Positions 1 to 11,891 of a stretch of 64,000 nt of DNA are shown here, piece after piece. The position numbers and the translations under genes are program-made. The notes below the pieces were generated by a model, which searched no databases, was not told where the DNA came from, and saw nothing but the letters and a program-made list of their open reading frames with translations. The stretch lies in NCBI RefSeq assembly GCF_054482595.1, contig NZ_CM137008.1; one strand, written 5' to 3'. Position 1 is the stretch's first letter. Each line of letters opens with the position of its first letter.

Positions 1-191
1 TTGCCGATGACATGACCTGGGATTTTATCAGCAACGTCAATAGCATAACCCGCAATGCGATGCTCTATGACGCGTTAAAAGCGATGAAGTTCGCTGATTT
101 CGCCGTCTGGTCAGAGGCGCGTTTTAGCGGGATGGTCAAAACGGCGCTGACGCTGGCAGTAACGACCACCTTAAAGGAATTAACGCCGTGA
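1..191 (+). CDS. yggD: MtlR-like transcriptional regulator YggD, C-terminal fragment (5' end lies outside window)
   Basis: Open frame from window edge (codon phase starting at nt 3) ending at TGA 189-191, overlapping GTG start of next gene; gene order matches yggD-yggC-epd-pgk-fbaA of E. coli. Confidence 0.55.
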   Translation, partial: ADDMTWDFISNVNSITRNAMLYDALKAMKFADFAVWSEARFSGMVKTALTLAVTTTLKELTP

Positions 192-901
192 AAATTGAAT
201 TAACGGTGAATGGGCTGAACGTGCAAGCGCAGTACCATGATGAAGAGATAGAACGCGTGCATAAACCGTTGCTGCGTATGCTGGCGGCCTTACAGACGGT
301 AAATCCGCAGCGCCGAACCGTGGTTTTTCTTTGCGCTCCGCCGGGGACGGGTAAATCTACCCTAACCACCTTCTGGGCATATCTCGCGCAACAAGACCCG
401 GAGCTGCCCGCTATTCAGACGCTCCCGATGGATGGTTTTCACCATTACAATAGCTGGCTGGATGCGCATCAATTGCGCCCCTTCAAAGGCGCACCAGAGA
501 CATTTGACGTAGCGAAACTGGCGGAAAATCTGCGCCAGGTCGTGGAAGGGGATTGTACGTGGCCGCAGTATGATCGACAAAAGCATGATCCTGTTGAAGA
601 TGCGTTGCACGTTACCGCACCACTCGTCATCGTCGAAGGAAACTGGCTATTACTGGATGATGAAAAGTGGCTGGAGTTGGCATCTTTCTGCGATTTTTCT
701 ATTTTTATTCATGCACCTGCTCAAATTCTGCGGGAGCGCTTGATTAGTCGTAAAATTGCGGGAGGATTATCGCGGCAAGAAGCCGAAGCATTTTATGCCC
801 GAACCGATGGCCCCAATGTCGAGCGTGTGCTGATGAATAGTCGTCAGGCCAATCTGATAGTAGAGATGACTGAAGAAGGCCGGTATCACTTCACAAGCTG
901 A
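188..901 (+). CDS. yggC: P-loop kinase-like protein YggC (PanK-like nucleoside/nucleotide kinase fold)
   Basis: ORF track 188..901, 237 aa, GTG start, Walker A motif APPGTGKST; synteny upstream of epd. Confidence 0.88.
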   Translation: MKIELTVNGLNVQAQYHDEEIERVHKPLLRMLAALQTVNPQRRTVVFLCAPPGTGKSTLTTFWAYLAQQDPELPAIQTLPMDGFHHYNSWLDAHQLRPFKGAPETFDVAKLAENLRQVVEGDCTWPQYDRQKHDPVEDALHVTAPLVIVEGNWLLLDDEKWLELASFCDFSIFIHAPAQILRERLISRKIAGGLSRQEAEAFYARTDGPNVERVLMNSRQANLIVEMTEEGRYHFTS

Positions 902-1185
902 CAATTTATTCCAGTTATTGCAGGGTTATTATTACGCCAGCCTGGAATAAAGCTTCCCACAAAAGGGGATAAAAGTGTGATGTGAGTCAGATAAATGTCT
1001 TCTTTGACTGGACAATCATTCCTTTTATTCCACGTTTCGCTTATCCTAGCTGAAGCGTTTCAGTCGATTAAATGTTCGACAATTAACCAATCAGTCGCAG
1101 TTTGCGACAGGTAAGGTTTCCCCGGACGATTTGCTGGATTACTCTGTCTGGCAAATTTGCTCAGGGAAAACCTTGCAGGAGATCT

Positions 1186-2205
1186 ATGACCGTACGCGTA
1201 GCGATAAATGGCTTCGGTCGCATCGGGCGTAATGTGGTTCGTGCTTTGTATGAATCCGGACGCCGGGCGGAAATTACCGTGGTGGCAATCAACGAACTGG
1301 CGGATGCTGCGGGCATGGCGCATTTGTTGAAATACGACACCAGCCATGGCCGTTTTGCATGGGAAGTACGACAGGAACGCGATCAACTTTTTGTTGGTGA
1401 TGACGCCATCCGCGTATTGCATGAACGTTCACTGCAATCGCTCCCCTGGCGTGAACTTGGCGTTGATGTAGTCCTCGACTGCACCGGCGTATATGGCTCC
1501 CGCGAGCATGGCGAAGCGCACATTGCCGCCGGGGCTAAAAAAGTGCTCTTTTCACATCCTGGCAGTAACGATCTCGACGCGACCGTTGTTTACGGCGTCA
1601 ATCAGGATCAACTTCGTTCGGAACACCGCATCGTTTCTAACGCTTCCTGTACCACGAATTGCATAATTCCCGTCATCAAATTGTTAGATGATGCGTACGG
1701 TATTGAGTCCGGCACTGTGACCACAATTCACTCCGCCATGCACGATCAACAGGTTATTGATGCATACCATCCTGACCTGCGTCGCACCCGGGCAGCCAGC
1801 CAGTCGATCATTCCGGTCGATACTAAACTGGCCGCCGGTATCACACGATTTTTTCCGCAATTTAACGATCGCTTTGAAGCGATTGCGGTACGTGTGCCAA
1901 CCATAAATGTGACGGCAATCGATTTAAGCGTGACGGTGAAGAAACCTGTAAAAGCCAATGAAGTCAACCTGTTGCTGCAAAAAGCAGCACAAGGTGCATT
2001 TCATGGTATAGTTGACTATACGGAATTGCCGTTGGTCTCTGTAGATTTTAACCACGATCCGCACAGTGCCATTGTCGATGGCACCCAAACCCGGGTCAGT
2101 GGCGCACACCTGATCAAAACGTTGGTCTGGTGCGATAACGAATGGGGCTTTGCTAACCGAATGCTCGACACGACGTTAGCTATGGCTACTGTTGCTTTCA
2201 GGTAA
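1186..2205 (+). CDS. epd: D-erythrose-4-phosphate dehydrogenase
   Basis: ORF 1102..2205 trimmed to ATG at 1186 ([20 protein letters not shown]-family N-terminus); 339 aa as expected for Epd. Confidence 0.92.
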
Positions 2206-2254
2206 GACGCAAGCAGCGTCTGCAAAACTTTTAGAATCAACGAGAGGATTCACC

Positions 2255-3418
2255 ATGTCTGTAATTAAGATGACCGATCTGGATCTTGCTGGGAAACGTG
2301 TATTTATCCGTGCGGATCTGAACGTACCAGTAAAAGACGGGAAAGTAACCAGCGACGCGCGTATCCGTGCTTCTCTGCCGACCATCGAACTGGCCCTGAA
2401 ACAAGGCGCAAAAGTGATGGTAACTTCCCACCTGGGTCGTCCTACCGAAGGCGAGTACAACGAAGAATTCTCTCTTCTGCCGGTTGTTAACTACCTGAAA
2501 GACAAACTGTCTAACCCGGTTCGTCTGGTTAAAGATTACCTCGACGGCGTTGACGTTGCTGAAGGTGAACTGGTTGTTCTGGAAAACGTTCGCTTCAACA
2601 AAGGCGAGAAGAAAGACGACGAAACCCTGTCCAAAAAATACGCTGCACTGTGTGACGTGTTCGTAATGGACGCATTCGGTACTGCTCACCGCGCGCAGGC
2701 TTCTACTCACGGTATCGGTAAATTCGCTGACGTTGCGTGCGCAGGCCCGCTGCTGGCAGCTGAACTGGACGCGCTGGGTAAAGCACTGAAAGAACCTGCT
2801 CGCCCGATGGTGGCTATCGTTGGTGGTTCTAAAGTATCTACCAAACTGACCGTTCTGGACTCCCTGTCTAAAATCGCTGACCAGCTGATTGTTGGTGGTG
2901 GTATCGCTAACACCTTTATCGCGGCACAAGGCCACGATGTGGGTAAATCCCTGTACGAAGCTGACCTGGTTGACGAAGCAAAACGTCTGCTGACCACCTG
3001 CAACATCCCGGTTCCGTCTGATGTTCGCGTAGCAACCGAGTTCTCTGAAACCGCTCCGGCTACCCTGAAATCTGTTAACGACGTGAAAGCTGACGAGCAG
3101 ATCCTGGATATCGGTGATGCTTCCGCTCAGGAACTGGCTGAAATCCTGAAGAATGCGAAAACCATTCTGTGGAACGGTCCGGTTGGCGTGTTCGAATTCC
3201 CGAACTTCCGCAAAGGTACTGAAATCGTGGCTAACGCTATCGCAGACAGCGAAGCGTTCTCCATCGCTGGCGGCGGCGACACTCTGGCAGCAATCGACCT
3301 GTTCGGCATTGCTGACAAAATCTCCTACATCTCCACTGGCGGCGGCGCATTCCTCGAATTCGTGGAAGGTAAAGTACTGCCTGCAGTAGCGATGCTCGAA
3401 GAGCGCGCTAAGAAGTAA
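2255..3418 (+). CDS. pgk: phosphoglycerate kinase
   Basis: ORF 2192..3418 trimmed to ATG 2255 ([25 protein letters not shown]); 387 aa. Confidence 0.95.
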
Positions 3419-3427
3419 AAAATCACA

Positions 3428-3452
3428 GGGCAGGGAAACCTGCCCTTGTTTC
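3428..3452 (+). terminator. putative intrinsic terminator after pgk (GNRA-looped hairpin gggcagg-gaaa-cctgccc followed by TTGTTTC)
   Basis: 7-bp perfect stem with tetraloop directly after pgk stop, U-rich tail. Confidence 0.5.
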
Positions 3453-3632
3453 AGCGCGCTTTTAGAGCACGCATTTTTTCATACTCTAAATAATTCGAGT
3501 TGCAGGAAGGCGACAAGAGAGTGAATCCCCAGGAGCTTACATAAGTAAGTGACTGGGGTGAGCGAACGCAGACGCAGCACATGCAACTTGAAGTATGACG
3601 AGTATAAGGCCCGACGATACAGGACAAGAGAC

Positions 3633-4712
3633 ATGTCTAAGATTTTTGATTTCGTAAAACCTGGCGTAATCACTGGTGATGACGTACAGAAAGTTTTCCA
3701 GGTAGCAAAAGAAAACAACTTCGCACTGCCAGCAGTAAACTGCGTCGGTACTGACTCCATCAACGCCGTACTGGAAACCGCTGCTAAAGTTAAAGCGCCG
3801 GTTATCGTTCAGTTCTCCAACGGTGGTGCTTCCTTTATCGCTGGTAAAGGCGTGAAATCTGACGTTCCGCAGGGTGCTGCTATCCTGGGCGCGATCTCTG
3901 GTGCGCATCACGTTCACCAGATGGCTGAACATTATGGTGTTCCGGTTATCCTGCACACTGACCACTGCGCGAAGAAACTGCTGCCGTGGATCGACGGTCT
4001 GCTGGACGCGGGTGAAAAACACTTCGCTGCTACCGGCAAGCCGCTGTTCTCTTCTCACATGATCGACCTGTCTGAAGAATCTCTGCAAGAGAACATCGAA
4101 ATCTGCTCTAAATACCTGGAGCGCATGTCCAAAATCGGCATGACTCTGGAAATCGAACTGGGTTGCACCGGTGGTGAAGAAGACGGCGTGGACAACAGTC
4201 ACATGGACGCTTCTGCACTGTACACCCAGCCGGAAGACGTTGATTACGCATACACCGAGCTGAGCAAAATCAGCCCGCGTTTCACCATCGCAGCGTCCTT
4301 CGGTAACGTACACGGTGTTTACAAGCCGGGTAACGTAGTTCTGACTCCGACCATCCTGCGTGATTCTCAGGAATATGTTTCTAAGAAACACAACCTGCCG
4401 CACAACAGCCTGAACTTCGTATTCCACGGTGGTTCCGGTTCTACTGCTCAGGAAATCAAAGACTCCGTAAGCTACGGCGTAGTGAAAATGAACATCGATA
4501 CCGATACCCAATGGGCAACCTGGGAAGGCGTTCTGAACTACTACAAAGCGAACGAAGCTTATCTGCAGGGTCAGCTGGGTAACCCGAAAGGCGAAGATCA
4601 GCCGAACAAGAAATACTACGATCCGCGCGTATGGCTGCGTGCCGGTCAGACTTCGATGATCGCTCGTCTGGAAAAAGCATTCCAGGAACTGAACGCGATC
4701 GACGTTCTGTAA
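3633..4712 (+). CDS. fbaA: fructose-bisphosphate aldolase class II
   Basis: ORF 3549..4712 trimmed to ATG 3633 (MSKIFDFVKPGVITGDDVQKVF); 359 aa. Confidence 0.95.
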   Translation: MSKIFDFVKPGVITGDDVQKVFQVAKENNFALPAVNCVGTDSINAVLETAAKVKAPVIVQFSNGGASFIAGKGVKSDVPQGAAILGAISGAHHVHQMAEHYGVPVILHTDHCAKKLLPWIDGLLDAGEKHFAATGKPLFSSHMIDLSEESLQENIEICSKYLERMSKIGMTLEIELGCTGGEEDGVDNSHMDASALYTQPEDVDYAYTELSKISPRFTIAASFGNVHGVYKPGNVVLTPTILRDSQEYVSKKHNLPHNSLNFVFHGGSGSTAQEIKDSVSYGVVKMNIDTDTQWATWEGVLNYYKANEAYLQGQLGNPKGEDQPNKKYYDPRVWLRAGQTSMIARLEKAFQELNAIDVL

Positions 4713-4736
4713 GTCATTCCTTTCTGCTTATCTCAA

Positions 4737-4760
4737 GGCCCGCTCTGCGGGTCTTTTTTT
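4737..4760 (+). terminator. intrinsic terminator after fbaA (cccgc-tct-gcggg + T7)
   Basis: GC stem-loop followed by run of seven T. Confidence 0.7.
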
Positions 4761-4776
4761 CGCCAAAAGAAAAATT

Positions 4777-4804
4777 GCCTGATGCGCTACGCTTATCAGG
4801 CCTA
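4777..4804. repeat. REP-type palindromic element (gcctgatgcgctacgcttatcaggc)
   Basis: Imperfect palindrome with GCCTGATG...CATCAGGC arms typical of enterobacterial REP. Confidence 0.7.
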
Positions 4805-4840
4805 CACGTATCCTGCAATATATTGAATTCGCAGGTTTTT

Positions 4841-4877
4841 GTAGGCCGGATAAGGCGTTCACGCCGCATCCGGCATG
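4841..4877. repeat. REP-type palindromic element (gtaggccggataaggcgttcacgccgcatccggcatg), forms a BIME with the preceding REP
   Basis: Canonical GCCGGATAAGGCG...CGCCGCATCCGGC REP palindrome. Confidence 0.75.
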
Positions 4878-4905
4878 ACAAAGCGCACATTGATATCTGT
4901 CTGAG

Positions 4906-4927
4906 CCCCGCTCTGCGGGGATTTTTT
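4906..4927 (+). terminator. second terminator-like hairpin (ccccg-ctct-gcgggg + T6), near-duplicate of the fbaA terminator
   Basis: Hairpin plus T-run; about 30 bp identical to 4739-4769. Confidence 0.55.
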
Positions 4928-5069
4928 CGCCAAAAGCAAGGTGATACAGATGAGAAATCTGTGATCTATTTGGCAAAATTATGCTTTATTGTTTACCCTT
5001 GTCAGACTGCCCGTCATAAGGCGGCGGAGTGTATTTCTCCATTTTGAGTCAGTTGAAAAGGAATATTGA

Positions 5070-5930
<861 letters not shown>

Positions 5931-6068
5931 TCAACGCTGAGGCCAGATAATACTCTCTGGCCTCTCTCTTATTAGTTTTTCTGATTGCCAATTAATATTA
6001 TCAATTTCCGCTAATAACAATCCCGCGATATAGTCTCTGCATCAGATACTTAATTCGGAATACCAAAC

Positions 6069-6704
6069 GTGTTTTCTTATTACTTTCAAGGTCTTGCGCT
6101 TGGCGCAGCTATGATCCTACCGCTCGGTCCACAAAATGCTTTTGTGATGAATCAGGGCATTCGTCGTCAGTACCACATTATGATTGCCTTACTTTGCGCT
6201 ATCAGCGATTTGGTCCTGATTTGCGCCGGGATTTTTGGTGGCAGCGCGTTATTGATGCAGTCGCCGTGGTTGCTGGCGCTGGTCACCTGGGGCGGCGTAG
6301 CCTTCTTGCTCTGGTATGGTTTTGGCGCTTTTAAAACAGCGATGAGCAGTAATATTGAGTTAGCCAGTGCCGAAGTCCTGAAGCAAGGAAGATGGAAAAT
6401 TATCGCCACCATGTTGGCAGTGACCTGGCTGAATCCGCATGTTTACCTGGATACTTTTGTTGTACTGGGCAGCCTTGGCGGTCAGCTTGACGTCGAACCA
6501 AAACGTTGGTTTGCGCTCGGGACAATTAGCGCCTCTTTCCTGTGGTTCTTTGGTCTGGCTATTCTCGCAGCCTGGCTGGCACCGCGCCTGCGCACGGCAA
6601 AATCACAGCGCATTATCAATCTGGTAGTGGGATGTGTCATGTGGTTTATAGCCTTGCAGCTGGCGAGAGACGGTATTGCTCATGCACAAGCCTTGTTCAG
6701 TTAG
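6069..6704 (+). CDS. argO: arginine exporter ArgO (LysE family)
   Basis: ORF track 211 aa, GTG start, [30 protein letters not shown]. Confidence 0.9.
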
Positions 6705-6796
6705 GCGCTATCTGATGGAAAAATAAAACAGAGGCGCTAAGCTTGCCTCCAGAGGTCCTGAATTTTAGGCAAGTCAAATAACACGGAGAGACTAAC

Positions 6797-7537
6797 GTGA
6801 AGTTCAAAGTTATCGCCCTGGCGGCATTAATGGGTATTAGCGGGATGGCAGCGCAGGCTAACGAATTGCCGGATGGACCGCATATTGTCACCTCCGGTAC
6901 GGCAAGCGTGGATGCGGTGCCAGACATTGCCACTCTTGCGATTGAAGTCAATGTGGCCGCAAAGGATGCCGCTACTGCCAAGAAACAGGCGGATGAGCGC
7001 GTCGCACAATACATTTCCTTCCTTGAACTCAATCAGATCGCGAAAAAAGATATCAGCTCAGCGAACTTACGCACCCAGCCAGATTATGATTATCAGGATG
7101 GTAAAAGTATCCTTAAAGGCTACCGCGCTGTGAGAACGGTGGAAGTCACGCTCCGTCAGTTAGACAAACTGAATTCCTTGCTGGATGGCGCGCTGAAGGC
7201 GGGTCTTAACGAAATTCGTTCTGTGTCGCTGGGCGTGGCGCAGCCGGATGCCTATAAAGACAAAGCACGTAAGGCAGCGATTGATAACGCGATTCATCAG
7301 GCGCAGGAACTGGCGAACGGCTTTCATCGTAAACTGGGGCCGGTATATAGCGTGCGCTACCATGTTTCCAACTATCAGCCCAGCCCAATGGTGCGGATGA
7401 TGAAAGCCGATGCCGCGCCGGTCTCAGCCCAGGAAACTTACGAGCAGGCCGCTATTCAGTTTGATGATCAGGTCGATGTGGTCTTCCAGTTAGAACCTGT
7501 GGATCAACAACCCGCTAAAACACCTGCAGCACAATAA
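6797..7537 (+). CDS. yggE: periplasmic SIMPL/DUF541 family protein YggE
   Basis: ORF track 246 aa with signal peptide MKFKVIALAALMGISGMAAQA; synteny. Confidence 0.87.
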   Translation: MKFKVIALAALMGISGMAAQANELPDGPHIVTSGTASVDAVPDIATLAIEVNVAAKDAATAKKQADERVAQYISFLELNQIAKKDISSANLRTQPDYDYQDGKSILKGYRAVRTVEVTLRQLDKLNSLLDGALKAGLNEIRSVSLGVAQPDAYKDKARKAAIDNAIHQAQELANGFHRKLGPVYSVRYHVSNYQPSPMVRMMKADAAPVSAQETYEQAAIQFDDQVDVVFQLEPVDQQPAKTPAAQ

Positions 7538-7544
7538 TACTTGT

Positions 7545-7566
7545 AGCCCGACGTATTCGTCGGGCT
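7545..7566 (+). terminator. possible terminator hairpin after yggE (agcccgacg-tatt-cgtcgggct)
   Basis: 9-bp perfect stem 8 nt after yggE stop; T-run is distal, so weak. Confidence 0.35.
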
Positions 7567-7704
7567 AATGCCTTTACCCGATATTGCCTCCTTTTTCTGT
7601 AATTTTCTGTAAAACCATGACGTAATCACCTATCTTTGCTCGCGGTTTCATCAAGGATAGGCTGACTGAAACGGTTAAGCGGACAAGGATGCGGGGGAGG
7701 GGGG

Positions 7705-8601
7705 ATGGACATTTTTATTTCGAAAAAGATGCGCAATTTCATTTTATTAGCGCAAACCAATAATATTGCCCGGGCGGCAGAAAAAATCCATATGACGGCT
7801 TCGCCATTTGGTAAAAGCATTGCCGCGCTGGAAGAACAAATTGGCTATACGCTATTTACCCGCAAAGATAATAATATCAGCCTCAATAAAGCCGGACAGG
7901 AACTGTATCAAAAACTGTTCCCGGTTTATCAACGGCTTTCTGCGATTGATAATGAAATCCATAACTCAGGGCGTCGTTCACGAGAAATTGTGATTGGCAT
8001 AGATAATACTTATCCGACAATTATTTTCGATCAGTTGATTAGTCTCGGAGATAAGTATGAAGGCGTGACCGCCCAGCCAGTTGAGTTCAGCGAAAACGGC
8101 GTTATCGATAATCTTTTTGACCGCCAGTTAGATTTTATTATCTCCCCACAGCATGTATCTGCACGAGTTCAGGAACTGGAAAACCTGACTATCAGTGAAC
8201 TACCACCGCTGCGATTGGGCTTTCTCGTTTCTCGCCGTTATGAAGAGCGTCAAGAGCAAGAGCTGCTTCAGGAGCTGCCCTGGCTACAAATGCGCTTTCA
8301 AAACCGGGCTAACTTCGAAGCAATGATTGATGCTAATATGCGACCTTGTGGGATCAATCCAACCATTATTTATCGTCCCTACAGTTTTATGGCCAAAATC
8401 AGCGCCGTGGAGCGCGGACATTTTCTGACGGTGATCCCGCATTTTGCCTGGCGACTGGTGAATCCGGCAACGCTGAAATATTTTGATGCGCCGCACAGGC
8501 CGATGTATATGCAGGAATATCTTTATTCAATCAGAAATCATCGTTATACCGCCACGATGCTTCAGCATATTGCTGAAGATCGTGACGGGACAAACCATTA
8601 A
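7705..8601 (+). CDS. ygfI: LysR-family transcriptional regulator YgfI
   Basis: ORF track 298 aa, N-terminal HTH (NNIARAAEKIHMTASPFGKSIAALEEQIG); convergent with scpC as in E. coli. Confidence 0.85.
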   Translation: MDIFISKKMRNFILLAQTNNIARAAEKIHMTASPFGKSIAALEEQIGYTLFTRKDNNISLNKAGQELYQKLFPVYQRLSAIDNEIHNSGRRSREIVIGIDNTYPTIIFDQLISLGDKYEGVTAQPVEFSENGVIDNLFDRQLDFIISPQHVSARVQELENLTISELPPLRLGFLVSRRYEERQEQELLQELPWLQMRFQNRANFEAMIDANMRPCGINPTIIYRPYSFMAKISAVERGHFLTVIPHFAWRLVNPATLKYFDAPHRPMYMQEYLYSIRNHRYTATMLQHIAEDRDGTNH

Positions 8602-10076
8602 CCCAGCATCGAGCCGGTTGCAATTAAATTACGGTGTAAGTCGAAGACGTGGCTAAGATCGTGGTGAATATGTCCGCCAGGCGCATTTTCCAGATAGCGA
8701 TGCAGATAATCCCGATACATAGGATGTGCACAATTATCAATGATCGTGCGGGCGCGTTGAAGCGGGGAAAGACCGCGCAGATCGGCGATCCCTTGTTCGG
8801 TGATGATCACTTTGACGCTGTGTTCGCTGTGATCAACATGGCTGCACATTGGCACGACGGTTGAGATCTTGCCTTCTTTAGCAATCGATGGGGCCATAAA
8901 GATCGACAGATACGCGTTGCGTTCAAAATCACCGCTGCCGCCGATGCCGTTCATCAGATCGACCCCGGCTACGTGCGTTGAGTTGGCATGCCCGTAAATA
9001 TCAAACTCCAGGCCGACGTTCAGAGCGATGACGCCCAGACGACGGATGATTTCCGGGTTATTGGAAATCTCCTGCGGACGCAACACAATGCGGCTGGCAA
9101 AGTAATCCATATTGTCGTAAATCTTGCGCAGGGAATCGGCCGAGATTGTCAGGCTGGAGGCGCTGGCCCCGCTGATTTTGCCGGTTTCCAGTAAATGCAC
9201 CACCGATTCCTGTAGCACTTCCGAATACATCATAAACGGAGGAATTTCCGGGTTTTCCCCCAGACGCGCCATTACCGCATTATTGATATTGCCCACGCCA
9301 CTTTGCAGCGGCAGAAATTCCGGCGGAATACGCCCATGCGCCATTTCCTGCAATAAGAACGTGACCACGTTATCGGCAATCTGCTGGCACATGGGATTTT
9401 GCTTATCCAGCATATTACCGGCGTCGGGCAAGTTGGTTTCCACGACGGCGACAATCTTTTTCGGATCGATTTGCACATAGCGGGTACCGACGCGATCCAT
9501 TGCATGGAAGATCGACACGCTATTACGCCGCGGTGGCGCGCCAGGAATCACAATATCTGCCAGTTCTGCAACGCGCGGATCGTGATAGTGATTAAGTTCA
9601 ATGATCACTTTCTTCGCCCGCAGCAGCCATGTCGGCGCATTACCGATCCCGCTGGTTAACCAGACTCGACCATCCGGTGCCAGTGCCGATGCTTCAATGA
9701 CGGCAACATCAATGTCGCCGAAGAAACCGTAATTGACCATTTGCGCCACTTCGCTCAAATGCAGGTCAACGAAACTCACCGCGCCCTGATTGATCTTTTT
9801 ACGTAAACCGGACGATGTTTGATATGGCGCACGCCAGGAAACAGCATCAGCGTCAGAAAGTACATCGTCAGCGGCGGCGCTGATTGACGCACCCGTCAGC
9901 AGGCGAATTTGATACGGCTTTTTGGCCTCATGCTGTTCGTTAGCTCTGCGGGCAATCGCGGTGGGTAGGGCTTTCGGTGAACCCGCTGGGGTAAAGCCGC
10001 TAAATGCCACCATGTCGTTATGCTGGATAATTTCTGCCGCTTCATCGGCGGTCATCCTTGTCCACTGAGTTTCCAT
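8598..10076 (-). CDS. scpC: propionyl-CoA:succinate CoA transferase
   Basis: ORF track 492 aa, METQWTRMTADEAAEIIQHNDMVAFSGF; last gene of sbm operon. Confidence 0.92.
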   Translation of the reverse strand: METQWTRMTADEAAEIIQHNDMVAFSGFTPAGSPKALPTAIARRANEQHEAKKPYQIRLLTGASISAAADDVLSDADAVSWRAPYQTSSGLRKKINQGAVSFVDLHLSEVAQMVNYGFFGDIDVAVIEASALAPDGRVWLTSGIGNAPTWLLRAKKVIIELNHYHDPRVAELADIVIPGAPPRRNSVSIFHAMDRVGTRYVQIDPKKIVAVVETNLPDAGNMLDKQNPMCQQIADNVVTFLLQEMAHGRIPPEFLPLQSGVGNINNAVMARLGENPEIPPFMMYSEVLQESVVHLLETGKISGASASSLTISADSLRKIYDNMDYFASRIVLRPQEISNNPEIIRRLGVIALNVGLEFDIYGHANSTHVAGVDLMNGIGGSGDFERNAYLSIFMAPSIAKEGKISTVVPMCSHVDHSEHSVKVIITEQGIADLRGLSPLQRARTIIDNCAHPMYRDYLHRYLENAPGGHIHHDLSHVFDLHRNLIATGSMLG

Positions 10077-10099
10077 TTTTACTCCTTCGTTCGCAGGGA

Positions 10100-10885
10100 T
10101 TAATGACCAACGAAATTAGGTTTACGTTTTTCGAGGAAAGCGTTCATCCCTTCCTGGTAATCTTCGCTGTCATAAACGGCGCGGCGCATCCCCTGAATAC
10201 GTTCAAATTCATCGGAGTTCATGGTGTGTGCTTCGCCCAGTACACGCAGCTCTTCTTTGATAACGGCAATGGCTAACGGCGCTTTCTCAGAGATGTGGTG
10301 CGCCATTTGTAAGGTGAAATCTTCCAGTTCTTCCACTTCCACAACATGGTTGAGGATGCCGACAGCCAGCGCGCGCTGGGCGGTGATTGGCGAAGCGGTA
10401 AAAATCAGCTCTTTGACAATGTGGAAGCCCGCGTCGCGGGTCAGGTTGTGAATGCCGACCAGGTTATACGGGACGCCGAGGTTTACAGGTGTCATTGAGA
10501 AGGTTGAGGTACTGGCGGCGATGATCAGATCGGAACTCATGATCATTTCAAATGCGCCACCCCAAACACTACCTTCCACCATCGAAATGATCGGTTTCGG
10601 GAATTTTTGGATCATGCGGGTGATTTGACGCAACGGATCATCATAGGAGAGCGGATCGCGACCGCCAGACGGCAGTTCGTGAATATCGTGACCTGCGGAG
10701 AAGACTTTGGATCCACTCGGCGCGCGCAAAATGATACAGCGAATTTCCGGTCGGTTGAGATCGCTTAATGCCTGCATAAGATCATCAATAAAGACTTTAC
10801 TTAAGGCATTAAGTTTGCGGCCATAGTTAAACTCAATGACCGCCACTTTGTTGATAGTGACAACGTTCACATACTGATAAGACAT
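10100..10885 (-). CDS. scpB: methylmalonyl-CoA decarboxylase (crotonase fold)
   Basis: ORF 10100..10927 trimmed to internal Met MSYQYVNVVTINKVAVIEFNYG giving 261 aa. Confidence 0.88.
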   Translation of the reverse strand: MSYQYVNVVTINKVAVIEFNYGRKLNALSKVFIDDLMQALSDLNRPEIRCIILRAPSGSKVFSAGHDIHELPSGGRDPLSYDDPLRQITRMIQKFPKPIISMVEGSVWGGAFEMIMSSDLIIAASTSTFSMTPVNLGVPYNLVGIHNLTRDAGFHIVKELIFTASPITAQRALAVGILNHVVEVEELEDFTLQMAHHISEKAPLAIAVIKEELRVLGEAHTMNSDEFERIQGMRRAVYDSEDYQEGMNAFLEKRKPNFVGH

Positions 10886-10895
10886 AAAAATTCCT

Positions 10896-11891
10896 TTAAT
10901 CAAAATATTGCGTCTGGATAAATTCACTGAGCTGCCGCAGGCCGGTGCGCGGTGAGAGCGTATTGTTTTTGACCGCTAAAAGCGTCTGGCGGTAATAGCG
11001 ATCGAAATCTTCATTCGCGAACAGGTGATTCAGTACTTCTTCTTCGGTTTGTTTACGCAGCCATTCCACCGATTGTTGTTGCCGCACTTGCTGTAAACGA
11101 CCACTGGCAGTTAGCGCGGTTTTGAAGTCGATGATGGCGTGCCAGATCTCATCGATTCCACGTTTTTCCAGTGCGCTACAAGTCAGAACCCGTGGCTGCC
11201 ATTCGTCGTATTTACGTCGCAGAATATGCAGGGCACTCTCGTACATATGCCGGGCAATGGCGACATTGGTATGGTTATCGCCATCGTCTTTGTTGATAAC
11301 GATCAGATCAGCCACTTCCATCAGCCCTTTTTTAATGCCCTGCAGATCATCGCCGCCACCGGCAATTTGCAACGAGATAAAACAGTCCACCATGCGGGCG
11401 ACTTCCGTTTCCGACTGCCCGACGCCAACCGTTTCGACAATCACTACGTCATAACCCGCCGCTTCGCATAACAGCATTAATTCCCGCGCTCGCTGACTGG
11501 CACCGCCCAGATGACCGGAGGATGGTACCGGGCGAATAAACGCCGTCTCGGCACGCGCCAGGTCATTCATGCGGGTTTTATCCCCGAGAATGCTACCGCC
11601 AGTGACCGGACTGCTGGGATCGACCGCAATAACCGCAACTTTTAATCCATCACGAATCAACAACATGCCAAAGGCTTCAAGAAAGGTACTTTTCCCCGCG
11701 CCGGGTGTGCCGGTAACGCCCAGTCGCAGGGCGTTACCGCAGTACGGCATAATGGCATCAAGCAGTTGCGTACTTAGCGCCTGATGACGCGGGTGACGGC
11801 TTTCCACCAGCGTCATGGCCTGGGCGAGTGTGGCACGCTCACCCTGACGTAAGCGGCGAATACTTTCTGCCAGCGTGGCTTCATTAATCAT
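10896..11891 (-). CDS. argK: methylmalonyl-CoA mutase-associated GTPase (MeaB/ArgK family)
   Basis: ORF track 331 aa, P-loop GTPGAGKST. Confidence 0.92.
   Translation of the reverse strand: MINEATLAESIRRLRQGERATLAQAMTLVESRHPRHQALSTQLLDAIMPYCGNALRLGVTGTPGAGKSTFLEAFGMLLIRDGLKVAVIAVDPSSPVTGGSILGDKTRMNDLARAETAFIRPVPSSGHLGGASQRARELMLLCEAAGYDVVIVETVGVGQSETEVARMVDCFISLQIAGGGDDLQGIKKGLMEVADLIVINKDDGDNHTNVAIARHMYESALHILRRKYDEWQPRVLTCSALEKRGIDEIWHAIIDFKTALTASGRLQQVRQQQSVEWLRKQTEEEVLNHLFANEDFDRYYRQTLLAVKNNTLSPRTGLRQLSEFIQTQYFD

Noticed and set aside
2237-4511. Long antisense ORFs inside pgk (2237..2935, 232 aa) and fbaA (3537..4511, 324 aa)
   Set aside because: They lie opposite highly conserved glycolytic genes, have no plausible start context and give low-complexity Arg/Val/Phe-rich translations typical of antisense frames of GC-rich coding sequence.
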